Sequence record: MN871451.1
DNA length: 64,000 nt
Reading direction: 5' to 3' (one strand)
In this document: positions 1 to 9,175 of the stretch, one piece after another
Position numbering within the stretch: the stretch's first letter is position 1
Layout: the number at the start of each line of letters is the position of its first letter
Made by a program: the position numbers and the translations under genes
Notes under the pieces: generated by a model
The model's input: the letters and a program-made list of their open reading frames with translations, nothing else
What the model was told of the DNA's origin: nothing
The model's database searches: none

Positions 1-467
1 TTTGAGGTGGTGATATTGATCGCGCCGGTATGACCGGAGATTTCAATCATGTAATGGGTGTCAGGACTAGGGACACCTGCTTCTCGATTCGCAGAGACCA
101 ACAGCCGTTTGGTTTCGAGTCGTCTGGCAACCGCACCGTCACCACGTTCACGCCAGTAGTAGGTATTCATGTCTGCGTAACGAATCAGTTCTACTACCTC
201 GCCACGCTGAACATCAGGGGCAGTACTCCAACTGCTGTCCACTGGTCGCCACTGAGCTTCGATCGCGGTGTCGGTCACCGCAGTAGCTTCAATCTTTTTC
301 CCCGAAGCATCGACGCTCTCAACAGTAAGTTTCTGTAACTGGCTTTGTACGTCCCCTTGCATCCACGGTGTCTTCTGGTGAGCCCAGACTAAAATGTTGT
401 TTTGTCCTAGGGGTTTATTCTCGGCAACGATGCCAAACGTCCTCTCGACGATATCGTGGTTGTTCAT
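1..467 (-). CDS. Baseplate central spike-like virion protein (phiKZ gp164-like), partial; runs off the window start
   Basis: Not in the ORF track. Hand translation from ATG at 467 (RBS AAGGGG) gives MNNHDIVERTFGIVAENKPLG...APDVQRGEVVELIRYADMNTYYW, open to base 1. OB-fold gp5/gpV-like N-terminus; divergent from sbcC as I recall for phiKZ gp164/gp165. Confidence 0.55.
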   Translation of the reverse strand, partial: MNNHDIVERTFGIVAENKPLGQNNILVWAHQKTPWMQGDVQSQLQKLTVESVDASGKKIEATAVTDTAIEAQWRPVDSSWSTAPDVQRGEVVELIRYADMNTYYWRERGDGAVARRLETKRLLVSANREAGVPSPDTHYMIEISGHTGAINITTS

Positions 468-538
468 TAAGTCCCCTTATTATTTTTCACTTTTCCGGCT
501 ATTGTAATAGAGTCCACTTTTTGTTACGGTACGAATAA

Positions 539-3010
539 ATGATCAAAGTGATTGAAACCGAAATTTCTCATAACAAGCGCCTGCGATCCGGGTTGATTGA
601 GCGTATCCTTTACAAACCAAAAAGTCCTTATCAAATTATCATCGGCCCCAACGGTTTTGGGAAATCTGCACTCTTGGACGAAATCACGGCTTTCCCTTCT
701 GCGTCTAACATGTTCGATAAAAATGGTTTCTCTCGCCTTTTGTTAGAAACTGATCACGGGTTAATTGAAACGAAAACCATTGTCGGCAGTGATGTTAAAC
801 ACGAGTTTTGGTTGAACGGGGAAAACCTGAACGATGGCGGAACTTCTACCGTTCAAAAAGATCTGGTGCAGAAATATCTGGCGGTTGATAAACTCTCCGC
901 GATGATCCAGGCAGGACAGTTCTCATTCTCTGGTGCCGGTGCGGCAAAACGTCAGGAAGTATTAACTGCCTTGGCCGATTCCGATATGTCGTTCGCTAAC
1001 TCATTATTCGGTAAAGCCAGAAAGAAACTGTCACACTCTATCGGTGCAGTTAATGCGCTGGAGGAGTCGTTAGCAGAAAAAGAAACCCAACGAATGTCTG
1101 ACGACGAGAGAGCCACTCTTACCGCTCGTCTGACGGAATACCAAAGTATCGTTACTGAGGTATTAAAGGATTACAATGAGGAGCAAAACCGCAGTCAAGA
1201 CTCCGCCGGAATCCAGTACCAGTGGCAACAATTGCCCCAACAAATAAAAGAAACCTTAAAACAATTACCAGATACCCCGTTAAACGCCACCAATCGCTCT
1301 CTGTGGCTTGAAAAGATCAATAAGCTAAAAGAGTATGTCTTTGGTTTAGAAACGCGTAAGAAGGCATTACAGGAAGAATATGACGAACTGGAACTGATAC
1401 TAAAACGGAATGCTGACGCCAGTGAAGAAAACTTAGCACGGTTGCGTAACGAAGTGAATCATTGGGATCGGCAGTTTCAACAGGCATCACTGGAGAAACT
1501 TTACGCCCCAGAAATGGTCATCGAAGAGACCACTCTGGAAATGGCGTTAGAGCAACTCGCCATGATCTTCCCGGAGTGGTCAAAAACCCTGACGGAAATT
1601 CAACCTGACCCAGAAGGACGGTTTACTCGACAAGGCTACGAAATACTCTTGAATAACCGCCAACGTTTCCAGGAGCATTACAATAGCCTCTCTGCTAAGT
1701 ACGCGCAAACGTTAGAGCAGATTGACCACATCAACCAAGGGAAAGAAGTTCAGTGTCCACAATGTCGTTTTCAGTTTATCCCTGGAGTGTCTTCGGACTC
1801 TCGTCCGCGGTTAACTAAGCAGGCAGAGGAACTCAAGGAGAGCATGATACAGGGTGAAAAGGCCATTGCCGAAAACCAACGGAACATTGAAGAGGTTGAA
1901 CAGTGGTTGTCCCAGTACCGTAATTTGATAGGACTGCGGAACCAAGCCCCTGCCGCCAAAGGTCTTTTTGCTCAATTGGATAAACAAGTCACGTTAAAAG
2001 ACGAACCGTTACGAGCCGTCCAGGTGATGTTGTTACTCAAAGAAGACCTGGAAAAACACCTTGAGGTATATCGGGCAAAAAATAAATTACGAGAAGCGCA
2101 ATTAGTGCTTTCGCAATTACAAGAGAACGTCGTCACCGGGATTGATGGAGTCAGAGTACGTTTCGTCAAAGTCAAAGAGACGCTGGAGGACATCTATAGC
2201 GAATTAGCGCGTTCTAAAGAGGAAGGAAAACTCTACGAAAGAGGGTTGAATCTGGCTGACCAATATACCAACGCTGTCGAGGCAGTCACGGGTAACTACG
2301 AAAAACTGGTCAAGGATACTGTCAGTGGTATTCAATACTTGTTCAACGAAACCCGTTTACTGCTCATTCAGGACTTACAGGGTCATATTGGCACATTGAC
2401 CAAAACCCTTAATGATGCCAAGACACTGGAAGACCAGATTAACGATACCCGGAAACAACTGGAGAAACAAAAAGAGAAAGTGGATTGTTACCGTCTGTTG
2501 GTTGGGACACTGTCACCAAAGTCAGGGGCAGTGGCCGAGCAGATGAACGAATTTATCAAAGTCTTTATCGGTCAGGTCAACGAAGTCATTGCGGATATCT
2601 GGACGCATTCGATGGAACTGTTAATTGGGAAGCCAAACGACAGTGATCTGTCGTACGAGTTCCCGTTACGTCTCCATGACTCCGACGATTACATTGTACC
2701 GGATATGCGGACTGGGTCAGACGGTCAACAGAAGATCATTGATTTCGCGTTTCAGATCACAGCGATGCTCTACCTGAACCTGAACAATGTCCCACTCTGT
2801 TTAGACGAAGTCGACCGCCCTCTTTCGCCTGAGCACAAAGCGAGACTGATGCAGTTCATTACACGCGGTGTTGAGAACGGGCGATTCTCACAGGTGTTCT
2901 TGATTTCGCATCACGCAGTATCGCATGGCGCTTTGCCTTTCTCGGACATCATTGACTTTGATTTCCGTCACCCTAAAGACGGTGTCAACACCGTGGCTGA
3001 ATTTTACTGA
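539..3010 (+). CDS. sbcC: SbcC/Rad50-like SMC ATPase (phiKZ gp165-like)
   Basis: Walker A GPNGFGKS, long coiled coils, central zinc hook CPQC, signature-like GSDGQQ, Walker B LCLDEVD, H-loop FLISHH. Confidence 0.92.
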   Translation: MIKVIETEISHNKRLRSGLIERILYKPKSPYQIIIGPNGFGKSALLDEITAFPSASNMFDKNGFSRLLLETDHGLIETKTIVGSDVKHEFWLNGENLNDGGTSTVQKDLVQKYLAVDKLSAMIQAGQFSFSGAGAAKRQEVLTALADSDMSFANSLFGKARKKLSHSIGAVNALEESLAEKETQRMSDDERATLTARLTEYQSIVTEVLKDYNEEQNRSQDSAGIQYQWQQLPQQIKETLKQLPDTPLNATNRSLWLEKINKLKEYVFGLETRKKALQEEYDELELILKRNADASEENLARLRNEVNHWDRQFQQASLEKLYAPEMVIEETTLEMALEQLAMIFPEWSKTLTEIQPDPEGRFTRQGYEILLNNRQRFQEHYNSLSAKYAQTLEQIDHINQGKEVQCPQCRFQFIPGVSSDSRPRLTKQAEELKESMIQGEKAIAENQRNIEEVEQWLSQYRNLIGLRNQAPAAKGLFAQLDKQVTLKDEPLRAVQVMLLLKEDLEKHLEVYRAKNKLREAQLVLSQLQENVVTGIDGVRVRFVKVKETLEDIYSELARSKEEGKLYERGLNLADQYTNAVEAVTGNYEKLVKDTVSGIQYLFNETRLLLIQDLQGHIGTLTKTLNDAKTLEDQINDTRKQLEKQKEKVDCYRLLVGTLSPKSGAVAEQMNEFIKVFIGQVNEVIADIWTHSMELLIGKPNDSDLSYEFPLRLHDSDDYIVPDMRTGSDGQQKIIDFAFQITAMLYLNLNNVPLCLDEVDRPLSPEHKARLMQFITRGVENGRFSQVFLISHHAVSHGALPFSDIIDFDFRHPKDGVNTVAEFY

Positions 3011-3017
3011 ACATAAA

Positions 3018-3039
3018 CGGACTGGTCTTTTCCAGTCCG
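3018..3039 (+). terminator. Intrinsic terminator-like hairpin after sbcC
   Basis: CGGACTGG-tctttt-CCAGTCCG; flanked by CATAAA on the left and TTTATG on the right. Confidence 0.6.
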
Positions 3040-3048
3040 CTTTATGCA

Positions 3049-3063
3049 TATATCACTCTAGTG
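3049..3063 (+). promoter_or_regulatory. Putative early (virion RNAP) promoter TATATCAC
   Basis: TATATCACTCTAGTG; the same motif lies upstream of genes at 14682 and 39248; resembles the phiKZ early motif TATATTAC. Confidence 0.55.
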
Positions 3064-3092
3064 TAATTACCCCAACTAAAGGAGTTGCAATC

Positions 3093-3734
3093 ATGCAAAA
3101 CATTTCGAAAATGACAGACCGTTTAACCAGTTACGGGAAGCCGACACGTACCGGTGAAATTGCGATCCAACATCAGACCGTGTTCATTCGTACCGCAGCG
3201 TTAGGTGACGATGATCTGGTCGACAATAACTACTCGGGTTTTTCCGATGCCCGACTCACTGACATCCTTCATTCTGCACCGTTCCAGGTAGCCGTCAACA
3301 ACATCGCGCAATGTTTCGAAGACAACGTCGCCAATGTCGACGAGCAATTCTTCCCGGTCATTGATTTCAATGCGGGTTACGAAAAGCTCCGTCAGACGGT
3401 CGTTAAAACGCTGCCTGAAATTTCAGATTTGCGCATTGAAATTCGCCAGGCGCAGGTCTTCTCTCAGAACGTCTATTATTTCGTGAAGAATAAAAAGGAC
3501 GTAACCGAGTTTGAAGACCAGTTCCGTCAGATGTTGGCGGAAAACGATCTCCCGGCAGAAACGGTCAATCTGATCTTTACCTGTCATACCTCGACCACAC
3601 TCAGTCAGATGTATGAGGTCATGACGATCCTCAGCATTCTGCTGCGTGAGACCGCAAAAGAAGCCATGTTTGTACCGGGCCGGGTTATCGGTAACTTCAG
3701 TCAAATCACGCGAGATAACCGCTATGCGCTTTAA
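3093..3734 (+). CDS. Hypothetical protein (probable early gene)
   Basis: ORF 2925..3734; start moved to ATG 3093, which follows an AAGGAG RBS. Confidence 0.75.
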   Translation: MQNISKMTDRLTSYGKPTRTGEIAIQHQTVFIRTAALGDDDLVDNNYSGFSDARLTDILHSAPFQVAVNNIAQCFEDNVANVDEQFFPVIDFNAGYEKLRQTVVKTLPEISDLRIEIRQAQVFSQNVYYFVKNKKDVTEFEDQFRQMLAENDLPAETVNLIFTCHTSTTLSQMYEVMTILSILLRETAKEAMFVPGRVIGNFSQITRDNRYAL

Positions 3735-4047
3735 GGAATCTGAAGCCGGAGAAATCCTGCTGGCGTTAGAAAGAACGCGTGAAAGTCGCGCCGCTGAAAA
3801 TCTACCTTATATCCAGGTCATTCGTGCGGAAGTCAGAGGTTACGACGAGACCGTTAAGACCTTAGCGGCGAAGAAAGTCGTTAAGTTCCTGGGGTATACG
3901 CCGATGATTATCCCAGAGCTCGTCAACCTCACGGAGAAGCTCGAACAGCCTAATCCCTTCCCAATCTACATTGGGAACGAAACGCTCTTTGAGAGCGATC
4001 TGAATACGGTTATAGGCGATTTCCCTGACGAGAACCAAAGAGGTTAA
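3724..4047 (+). CDS. Hypothetical protein
   Basis: MRFKESEAGE... from ATG 3724, overlapping the upstream gene end (translational coupling). Confidence 0.65.
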   Translation: MRFKESEAGEILLALERTRESRAAENLPYIQVIRAEVRGYDETVKTLAAKKVVKFLGYTPMIIPELVNLTEKLEQPNPFPIYIGNETLFESDLNTVIGDFPDENQRG

Positions 4048-4048
4048 C

Positions 4049-4288
4049 ATGGACTACTTTGAATTAATGAGGAAGCGCAGAGAGCTGAAACGTCAACTCG
4101 TTGAATTGAAGGCGAACCGAAAGCCGGAAGAGATCATCAAGTTGAAGAGAGAGTCTCTCGTCTTAGCGGATAACGGCTATAAGGTTGTCGTACGTGAAGT
4201 CGAGACAACCGTGAAAGAAGAACAACTCTTAGCGGAAATCACTCGTCTGAAAATGCTGATGAATCAGCCGTTACTATCGCAGGCTTAA
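4049..4288 (+). CDS. Small coiled-coil hypothetical protein
   Basis: 79 aa, GAGG RBS, heptad-rich sequence. Confidence 0.65.
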   Translation: MDYFELMRKRRELKRQLVELKANRKPEEIIKLKRESLVLADNGYKVVVREVETTVKEEQLLAEITRLKMLMNQPLLSQA

Positions 4289-4387
4289 TTATCCCCTCCG
4301 TCAATTTCAAGTTTTAAACCGCTCGGTTATCTTTTGAACAAACCATAACACACATGTGACTATTAACACGTATACAGGAAACTGAAC

Positions 4388-4642
4388 ATGAAAGTAACTC
4401 TGAACGAAACTACCGCTGAAAAGATCAATGCGCTGACCACCGATACCGTCTCTGCTGAAACGGTCATTGACATGGCAGTCGATTCGCTGACCTGGGTTAA
4501 GTCTTCACTTGACCAGGGTAAAAGCGTCATGGCTGCAAAAGCCTCTGACGACGGTTGGGTAGAAGAAGAGTTCTACCCGGCAACCGAAGTGCTGAACGAA
4601 CTCTATCGCCCGTCCACCGACGAAGCGCCTGACGCAGAGTAA
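4388..4642 (+). CDS. Small protein, possible ribbon-helix-helix DNA-binding protein
   Basis: AGGA RBS; MKVTLNETTAEKINAL...SAETVIDMAVDSL follows a strand-helix-helix pattern; acidic tail. Confidence 0.6.
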   Translation: MKVTLNETTAEKINALTTDTVSAETVIDMAVDSLTWVKSSLDQGKSVMAAKASDDGWVEEEFYPATEVLNELYRPSTDEAPDAE

Positions 4643-4664
4643 TTCTGCGTATTAGGAACATAAG

Positions 4665-4694
4665 CTCTCTCCTCCGCAGAAGCGGAGGAGAGAG
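4665..4694. terminator. Bidirectional terminator hairpin between convergent genes
   Basis: CTCTCTCCTCCGC-agaa-GCGGAGGAGAGAG, 13-bp stem, with a T run shortly after. Confidence 0.75.
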
Positions 4695-4712
4695 TCTCTA
4701 TGCTTCTTTTTT

Positions 4713-5312
4713 TTATTTTGCTGCCAATAACGCCTGAATCTTGATACGTAACTCAGCGTTCTCTTTTTGTAGCGCCAAGTTCTGCGCGTAGGTCGACGTG
4801 CGATTGGTGATAGCTGACAGTCTCGCTGCTTCGATCGCGTCTGCCTCTTCCGTACTGATCGCTTCAATTGTGGCCAGTTGATCTACGTAGATCTCAGGAA
4901 CAACGCCGATCGTGTCAGAGATCAAGTTGCCCATCTGTTCTTTCAAGAACGAGTAATCGAGGTCTAAACGCATCGGACCCAAAGACGCAGAGAGGATCAC
5001 CTGCCCCCAGTTCGACATCCCGATCCCCGGGAAAGTTTCAATGTAGGTATCGGGAACCGTAATGACACTACCAGAGGACGAATACAGTACACACATCGCC
5101 GCGCCAGCAGACAGGTCTGCGTTATAGTCAGACTCCGTGAGGCCCTTAGGAGAATAGTAGACGTTAAAGATATCAATCCCTTCCGCTACCATCTCGGTAA
5201 AGAAACGAATAGCGGTACATTGATAAATTAACGACTGGCTGGCGGTCCACGGTTGTATTAATGACCATTTCCCTTTCAACCCTAAGGCAGGGGTGTTACG
5301 TGTCTTAGCCAT
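4713..5312 (-). CDS. Putative virion structural protein
   Basis: 199-aa ORF coupled to the upstream 433-aa gene; position typical of phiKZ-like structural genes. Confidence 0.6.
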   Translation of the reverse strand: MAKTRNTPALGLKGKWSLIQPWTASQSLIYQCTAIRFFTEMVAEGIDIFNVYYSPKGLTESDYNADLSAGAAMCVLYSSSGSVITVPDTYIETFPGIGMSNWGQVILSASLGPMRLDLDYSFLKEQMGNLISDTIGVVPEIYVDQLATIEAISTEEADAIEAARLSAITNRTSTYAQNLALQKENAELRIKIQALLAAK

Positions 5313-5317
5313 TCGTT

Positions 5318-6619
5318 TTAATCCTTACTGAAACCGTTTTTCACCGGAACCAGATACTGAACGGTATTGACCGTCATGGTGATGTAAACCACCCCGTTAC
5401 GCGTGGCACGAGTGTATCCTGTCGGCAGGATAGAAGTAGCCGTTGCCGTTTCTGCAATCTTCAGAAGCGCAATCAAGTTGATAATGAAGTTTCGGGTCGC
5501 TTCTGGAATCTTACCGAATTCAGAGCTGGTTGGTGCGATTGCTGCATAGCGCGGCCAGAGTTCGGAGAAGACGTAGGAAACGTTATAGTTCCTTACGTGA
5601 CCACAAACCAAGAGCTGAAGGTTCTGATACGTGTTAAACGCAATTTCCCCAGCGTCAATGACATGCTGTTGTTCATAGTCCGCCATGTACTTATCGGTAT
5701 AAGTCAGGAAATCCTTATACGGTAACACCGGGGAATAGAGCGCGGTAGTATCCAGCTGATTAGGGAGAGAGATTCTGTCCCAAACCGGCACCACGTAATA
5801 TTCAGTCGGTGTAAAGAGATCTGGTAATACAATCTCCCACGTGTCAGTACCTGCCGTGCTGTTCCCTAGGATATGTTCACGAATCGCGTTTTTGATGTAA
5901 TCAAGGTTCTTACCGGCAGACCCGTAGATCACGACGTTGATCGGAATTTGCAACGTGACTTCGTCGTTATCTTTTGCCACCCACGTAAAGTAGCCGGTCC
6001 AGATATCCGTCTGCGGGTTCTGACCGATAGCGTTCGTGATGCGTGCGGTGTTACTCACCGGGGTAATAGCTTTGATCGCCGCCACCGCAGCGTCAGAATC
6101 ACCAACCAACAGATCAATGTCATCAAACGGCATTACGACGCTAAGTTCATAAAGCGGATATTCCACCAGGAAATTATCGATCGCGTACCAGACAAACAGT
6201 TCGTTCTCTTCCCCAGAGTTACTAAAGGACATTTGGAGACTAGAAGGAAAATTATATGATCCATTGTTGACAATTGCCCCAACTGATTTTACAGTGAGGT
6301 AATCCGAAAACTGCGCGTTCAGGTTCTGAAGTAGTGCGGCGGTGTCTGTGGTGATCAGACCATTAATGCTTCGCTGATAGAGCCACTGTGAGACTTCCAG
6401 GATCTGCGTGTAGTAAGTCAACCCTAGATTACTTTTGGTACCGTCGCGGGTGACAGACAGCGTCTTTAAAATGACATCGGTGTAATCGGCAACAGAATAT
6501 GTCCCTACGTCTGTGCTGTAGGTTTCACCGTGGGTGGTAAGTTCACCTACTTTTGCAGTCTGTCCCACTGCGTTATTGATAAAATTTTTAATAGTTACAA
6601 AACTATACACATTCAACAT
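5318..6619 (-). CDS. Putative virion structural protein (phiKZ gp157-like position)
   Basis: 433 aa, GGAG RBS directly after a TATG late-promoter core (CATA at 6631-6634 on +). Confidence 0.65.
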   Translation of the reverse strand: MLNVYSFVTIKNFINNAVGQTAKVGELTTHGETYSTDVGTYSVADYTDVILKTLSVTRDGTKSNLGLTYYTQILEVSQWLYQRSINGLITTDTAALLQNLNAQFSDYLTVKSVGAIVNNGSYNFPSSLQMSFSNSGEENELFVWYAIDNFLVEYPLYELSVVMPFDDIDLLVGDSDAAVAAIKAITPVSNTARITNAIGQNPQTDIWTGYFTWVAKDNDEVTLQIPINVVIYGSAGKNLDYIKNAIREHILGNSTAGTDTWEIVLPDLFTPTEYYVVPVWDRISLPNQLDTTALYSPVLPYKDFLTYTDKYMADYEQQHVIDAGEIAFNTYQNLQLLVCGHVRNYNVSYVFSELWPRYAAIAPTSSEFGKIPEATRNFIINLIALLKIAETATATSILPTGYTRATRNGVVYITMTVNTVQYLVPVKNGFSKD

Positions 6620-6678
6620 TGTTTCTACTCCATAATTATTATTAAACAGGAAAAGAACCTGTCAGCGGAGGTACCGCC

Positions 6679-7104
6679 GTGAATTACTTTTTCTTGCGTT
6701 TTTTACCGTACTTGTATTATTTCATACGGGAGCAATACCGTTTGGATAATACCAGAGAACCACCCCCGAAAAGGAAGCGTTACTTCTATCGTACGATAAT
6801 AACCATTTTAATTTTCACTCTTGGTTTGTCGTCAACGGTAGGTTATGTCAAATACCGTGAATTATATCGTAATTATAATGCCGCGTTAAAACGTCTTTCC
6901 GATGCCAGTAATCAACCGGTATCAGGAATCAGCCGCGATCGTTATGAAGCCGATATTCATACGTTGACCATGGAAAAATTTGGCTGGGAAAATGACGCCC
7001 GTCTGGAACTCTCTGAACTCCAGAGAATTTGTACCAAGACGCCCAGCGCGTGCGACGCCCAAAGCCATCACATCATTGAGGAATTTCAACGCCGTCACCC
7101 TTGA
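6679..7104 (+). CDS. Membrane-anchored protein with coiled coil
   Basis: GGAGG RBS, GTG start; TM-like segment TIITILIFTLGLSSTVGYV after a basic patch; C-terminal CxxxxxxC. Confidence 0.65.
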   Translation: MNYFFLRFLPYLYYFIREQYRLDNTREPPPKRKRYFYRTIITILIFTLGLSSTVGYVKYRELYRNYNAALKRLSDASNQPVSGISRDRYEADIHTLTMEKFGWENDARLELSELQRICTKTPSACDAQSHHIIEEFQRRHP

Positions 7105-7160
7105 TTTCTTACGCGACGCTTTATTCTTCTGAACATACTTTGAAACAGGAACTTCTGAAC

Positions 7161-8759
7161 ATGAAGATTGAGCAACCGTGGGAAGGTGAATTCCCAGAAC
7201 CGGGCAGTTTTAATCTTGTTTTATTCTGCGACGGCGGAAGTAATACCCAAACGTTACTTTCTGGCTGGGGCATTCACGGATATTCGTACCCGGTTGCGGA
7301 CAAGAAAGAAGCGAAGATTAAAAAGGCTAAGGGTGCGTTTACTAACATCGGTTATGTCGACGGTAGACAACACCGGTGTAAAGATGTCGTCACTAAGGCA
7401 GATGAAGAGACGGGCTTCACTGGGCAGGTAGATAAAAACTATCTTATCTTACACGCCGATGAAAATAAAACGGTGAAGCCTGTCAACCCCATCAGCTTTA
7501 TTGATGCATACGGTGGTCAGTACAAAACCAGTAATAACTTTACTGAGTTAATGGGGATGTTAAACAGTCTCACAATTGTCAAAGAAAAGAGCCCAAAAGA
7601 GTCTGTTATTTTTGCGGACTCGAAATATGTTTTAGAAGGGTTACTTTTCTATCGTGTTAACTGGGAAAGAAACGGTTGGTTAACTGCTGACCGTCGACCT
7701 GTCCAAAACAAAGATCTTTGGCAATTGCTCTGTTCTCTCTTCGACAGTATTGTTGAGGAAGGGAAAACCAGAATGTTATTTGGGTATATCCCAGGTCACG
7801 CTGGTTATACAGGGAATGAACGTGCTGATTACAACGCCAACCGCGGAATGATTCTGGAACGCGATGAACCCGGTAAAACCGTTTATCTCATTTCAGACCG
7901 TAAAGGATACGTACAAAACACCAAAACCAGTAATCGCTTACTGGAACAACGTTGGTGGTATGCGTTAACTGACCGGACACATTACAAAGTTGACTATGAC
8001 GATCGCTACGTTTATTTCTTCGGGAACCACGGTAACGACACCGAAGTCGACATGATCGGTAAGGCCACTGCCACTGCTAAAGTAGCCATCCTCTTCGCTA
8101 AGGAAAAAGAACCTGTCCTGGAATTACTCGGAGAGTTTCTGAAGAGCCGGTACTACGACGGCACTCAGATCATGACGCTGGGTCATCTTGAAAATATCCT
8201 TAACGCAGATCGATACGTCAGTCTGATACAGGACAAACGTTCTGTCTTATGGGACGACGCCGAGAAGAGCACTATCCGGTCTCCGGATAAAGTTGCGCTT
8301 ATTGAGGAGCTGAGACCGACCTTTTTAGGTTTCCGTCTGTTGACGCGGTTTGAGACACTTCTGACCATGTTAGGATACGGGTTTACAGGCAAGGGAAAAA
8401 CGACGATCACGGATATCACTTCATACTGTGTGAAGACGACCCAAGAAGGGAAAAAGAAACCTGTTACAAAACCCACTGAGGCCATGGACCCGCCGAATAA
8501 GGCAATTTCTGTTACAGCTAATTACCAACTGGCTGACGGGACAACAGGGAAAGCCACAATCAAATTAAAAATAGGACAAGATATCCCGTTAAGGAATACG
8601 GTCAACGCGTTGGGTTCTGAAGACCTCAGAATACGCGTCATCACATGGCCAGATGGCACGCGTGCTTTCCGTTACGCCACGTTAATGGAAGTGGACGGTG
8701 ACACGCTGTTTACTGCGTCGCTCAATTCTAACCTTTTTGAGATCACGGGTAAACTATGA
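7161..8759 (+). CDS. rnhA: Ribonuclease HI with C-terminal extension (phiKZ gp155-like)
   Basis: RNase HI motifs FCDGGS, NNFTEL, DSKYV, NKDLW, GHAG-GNERAD. Likely start is ATG 7161 (track starts at TTG 7101). Confidence 0.9.
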   Translation: MKIEQPWEGEFPEPGSFNLVLFCDGGSNTQTLLSGWGIHGYSYPVADKKEAKIKKAKGAFTNIGYVDGRQHRCKDVVTKADEETGFTGQVDKNYLILHADENKTVKPVNPISFIDAYGGQYKTSNNFTELMGMLNSLTIVKEKSPKESVIFADSKYVLEGLLFYRVNWERNGWLTADRRPVQNKDLWQLLCSLFDSIVEEGKTRMLFGYIPGHAGYTGNERADYNANRGMILERDEPGKTVYLISDRKGYVQNTKTSNRLLEQRWWYALTDRTHYKVDYDDRYVYFFGNHGNDTEVDMIGKATATAKVAILFAKEKEPVLELLGEFLKSRYYDGTQIMTLGHLENILNADRYVSLIQDKRSVLWDDAEKSTIRSPDKVALIEELRPTFLGFRLLTRFETLLTMLGYGFTGKGKTTITDITSYCVKTTQEGKKKPVTKPTEAMDPPNKAISVTANYQLADGTTGKATIKLKIGQDIPLRNTVNALGSEDLRIRVITWPDGTRAFRYATLMEVDGDTLFTASLNSNLFEITGKL

Positions 8760-9133
8760 TCAAAATACTTTTAGCGGTCTTCGGACCTAAACTCTTTACG
8801 ACGAAAGGTCGACGTGTTTTAATATTGGGTTCTTTTTACACGCTACTTTCTGGTCGTTCGGGTGGATGTCAACGATTAGCTTCGAGTATGAATCGTCGCT
8901 TAAACTTGACAACGGATTCCAAAGGATTATTGCTAGGTACAATTCTCCCTGAAATTCTTTGGGATGAAAAACAGTGCGAAGCGATTAGAACCTTACCGCA
9001 CGAAAAGGTAGCTAATTACTTCGAAGAGATGATCCCCCGCTGGTTAAAAGAAGGCGTGGAGGATGGCGAGTTCACACTTCGTCAGGAACTGAAAAATATT
9101 GTCAACATGCATTCGTTGTCGGCAGTGTCATAA
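8756..9133 (+). CDS. Hypothetical protein
   Basis: 125 aa, 4-nt overlap with the RNase H stop. Confidence 0.65.
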   Translation: MIKILLAVFGPKLFTTKGRRVLILGSFYTLLSGRSGGCQRLASSMNRRLNLTTDSKGLLLGTILPEILWDEKQCEAIRTLPHEKVANYFEEMIPRWLKEGVEDGEFTLRQELKNIVNMHSLSAVS

Positions 9134-9136
9134 AGT

Positions 9137-9169
9137 GAGAATGGGAGAGGGTTGACCTCTCCCATTCTC
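9137..9169. terminator. Bidirectional terminator hairpin
   Basis: GAGAATGGGAGAGG-gttga-CCTCTCCCATTCTC between convergent genes. Confidence 0.75.
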
Positions 9170-9175
9170 TTATGT

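Noticed and set aside
30-338. 102-aa plus-strand ORF
   Set aside because: Shadow of the longer minus-strand ORF (1-467), which has an RBS and a recognisable fold.
6900-7104. Embedded o-spanin in the TM protein gene
   Set aside because: The alternate-frame ORFs I translated have no signal peptide or lipobox Cys.
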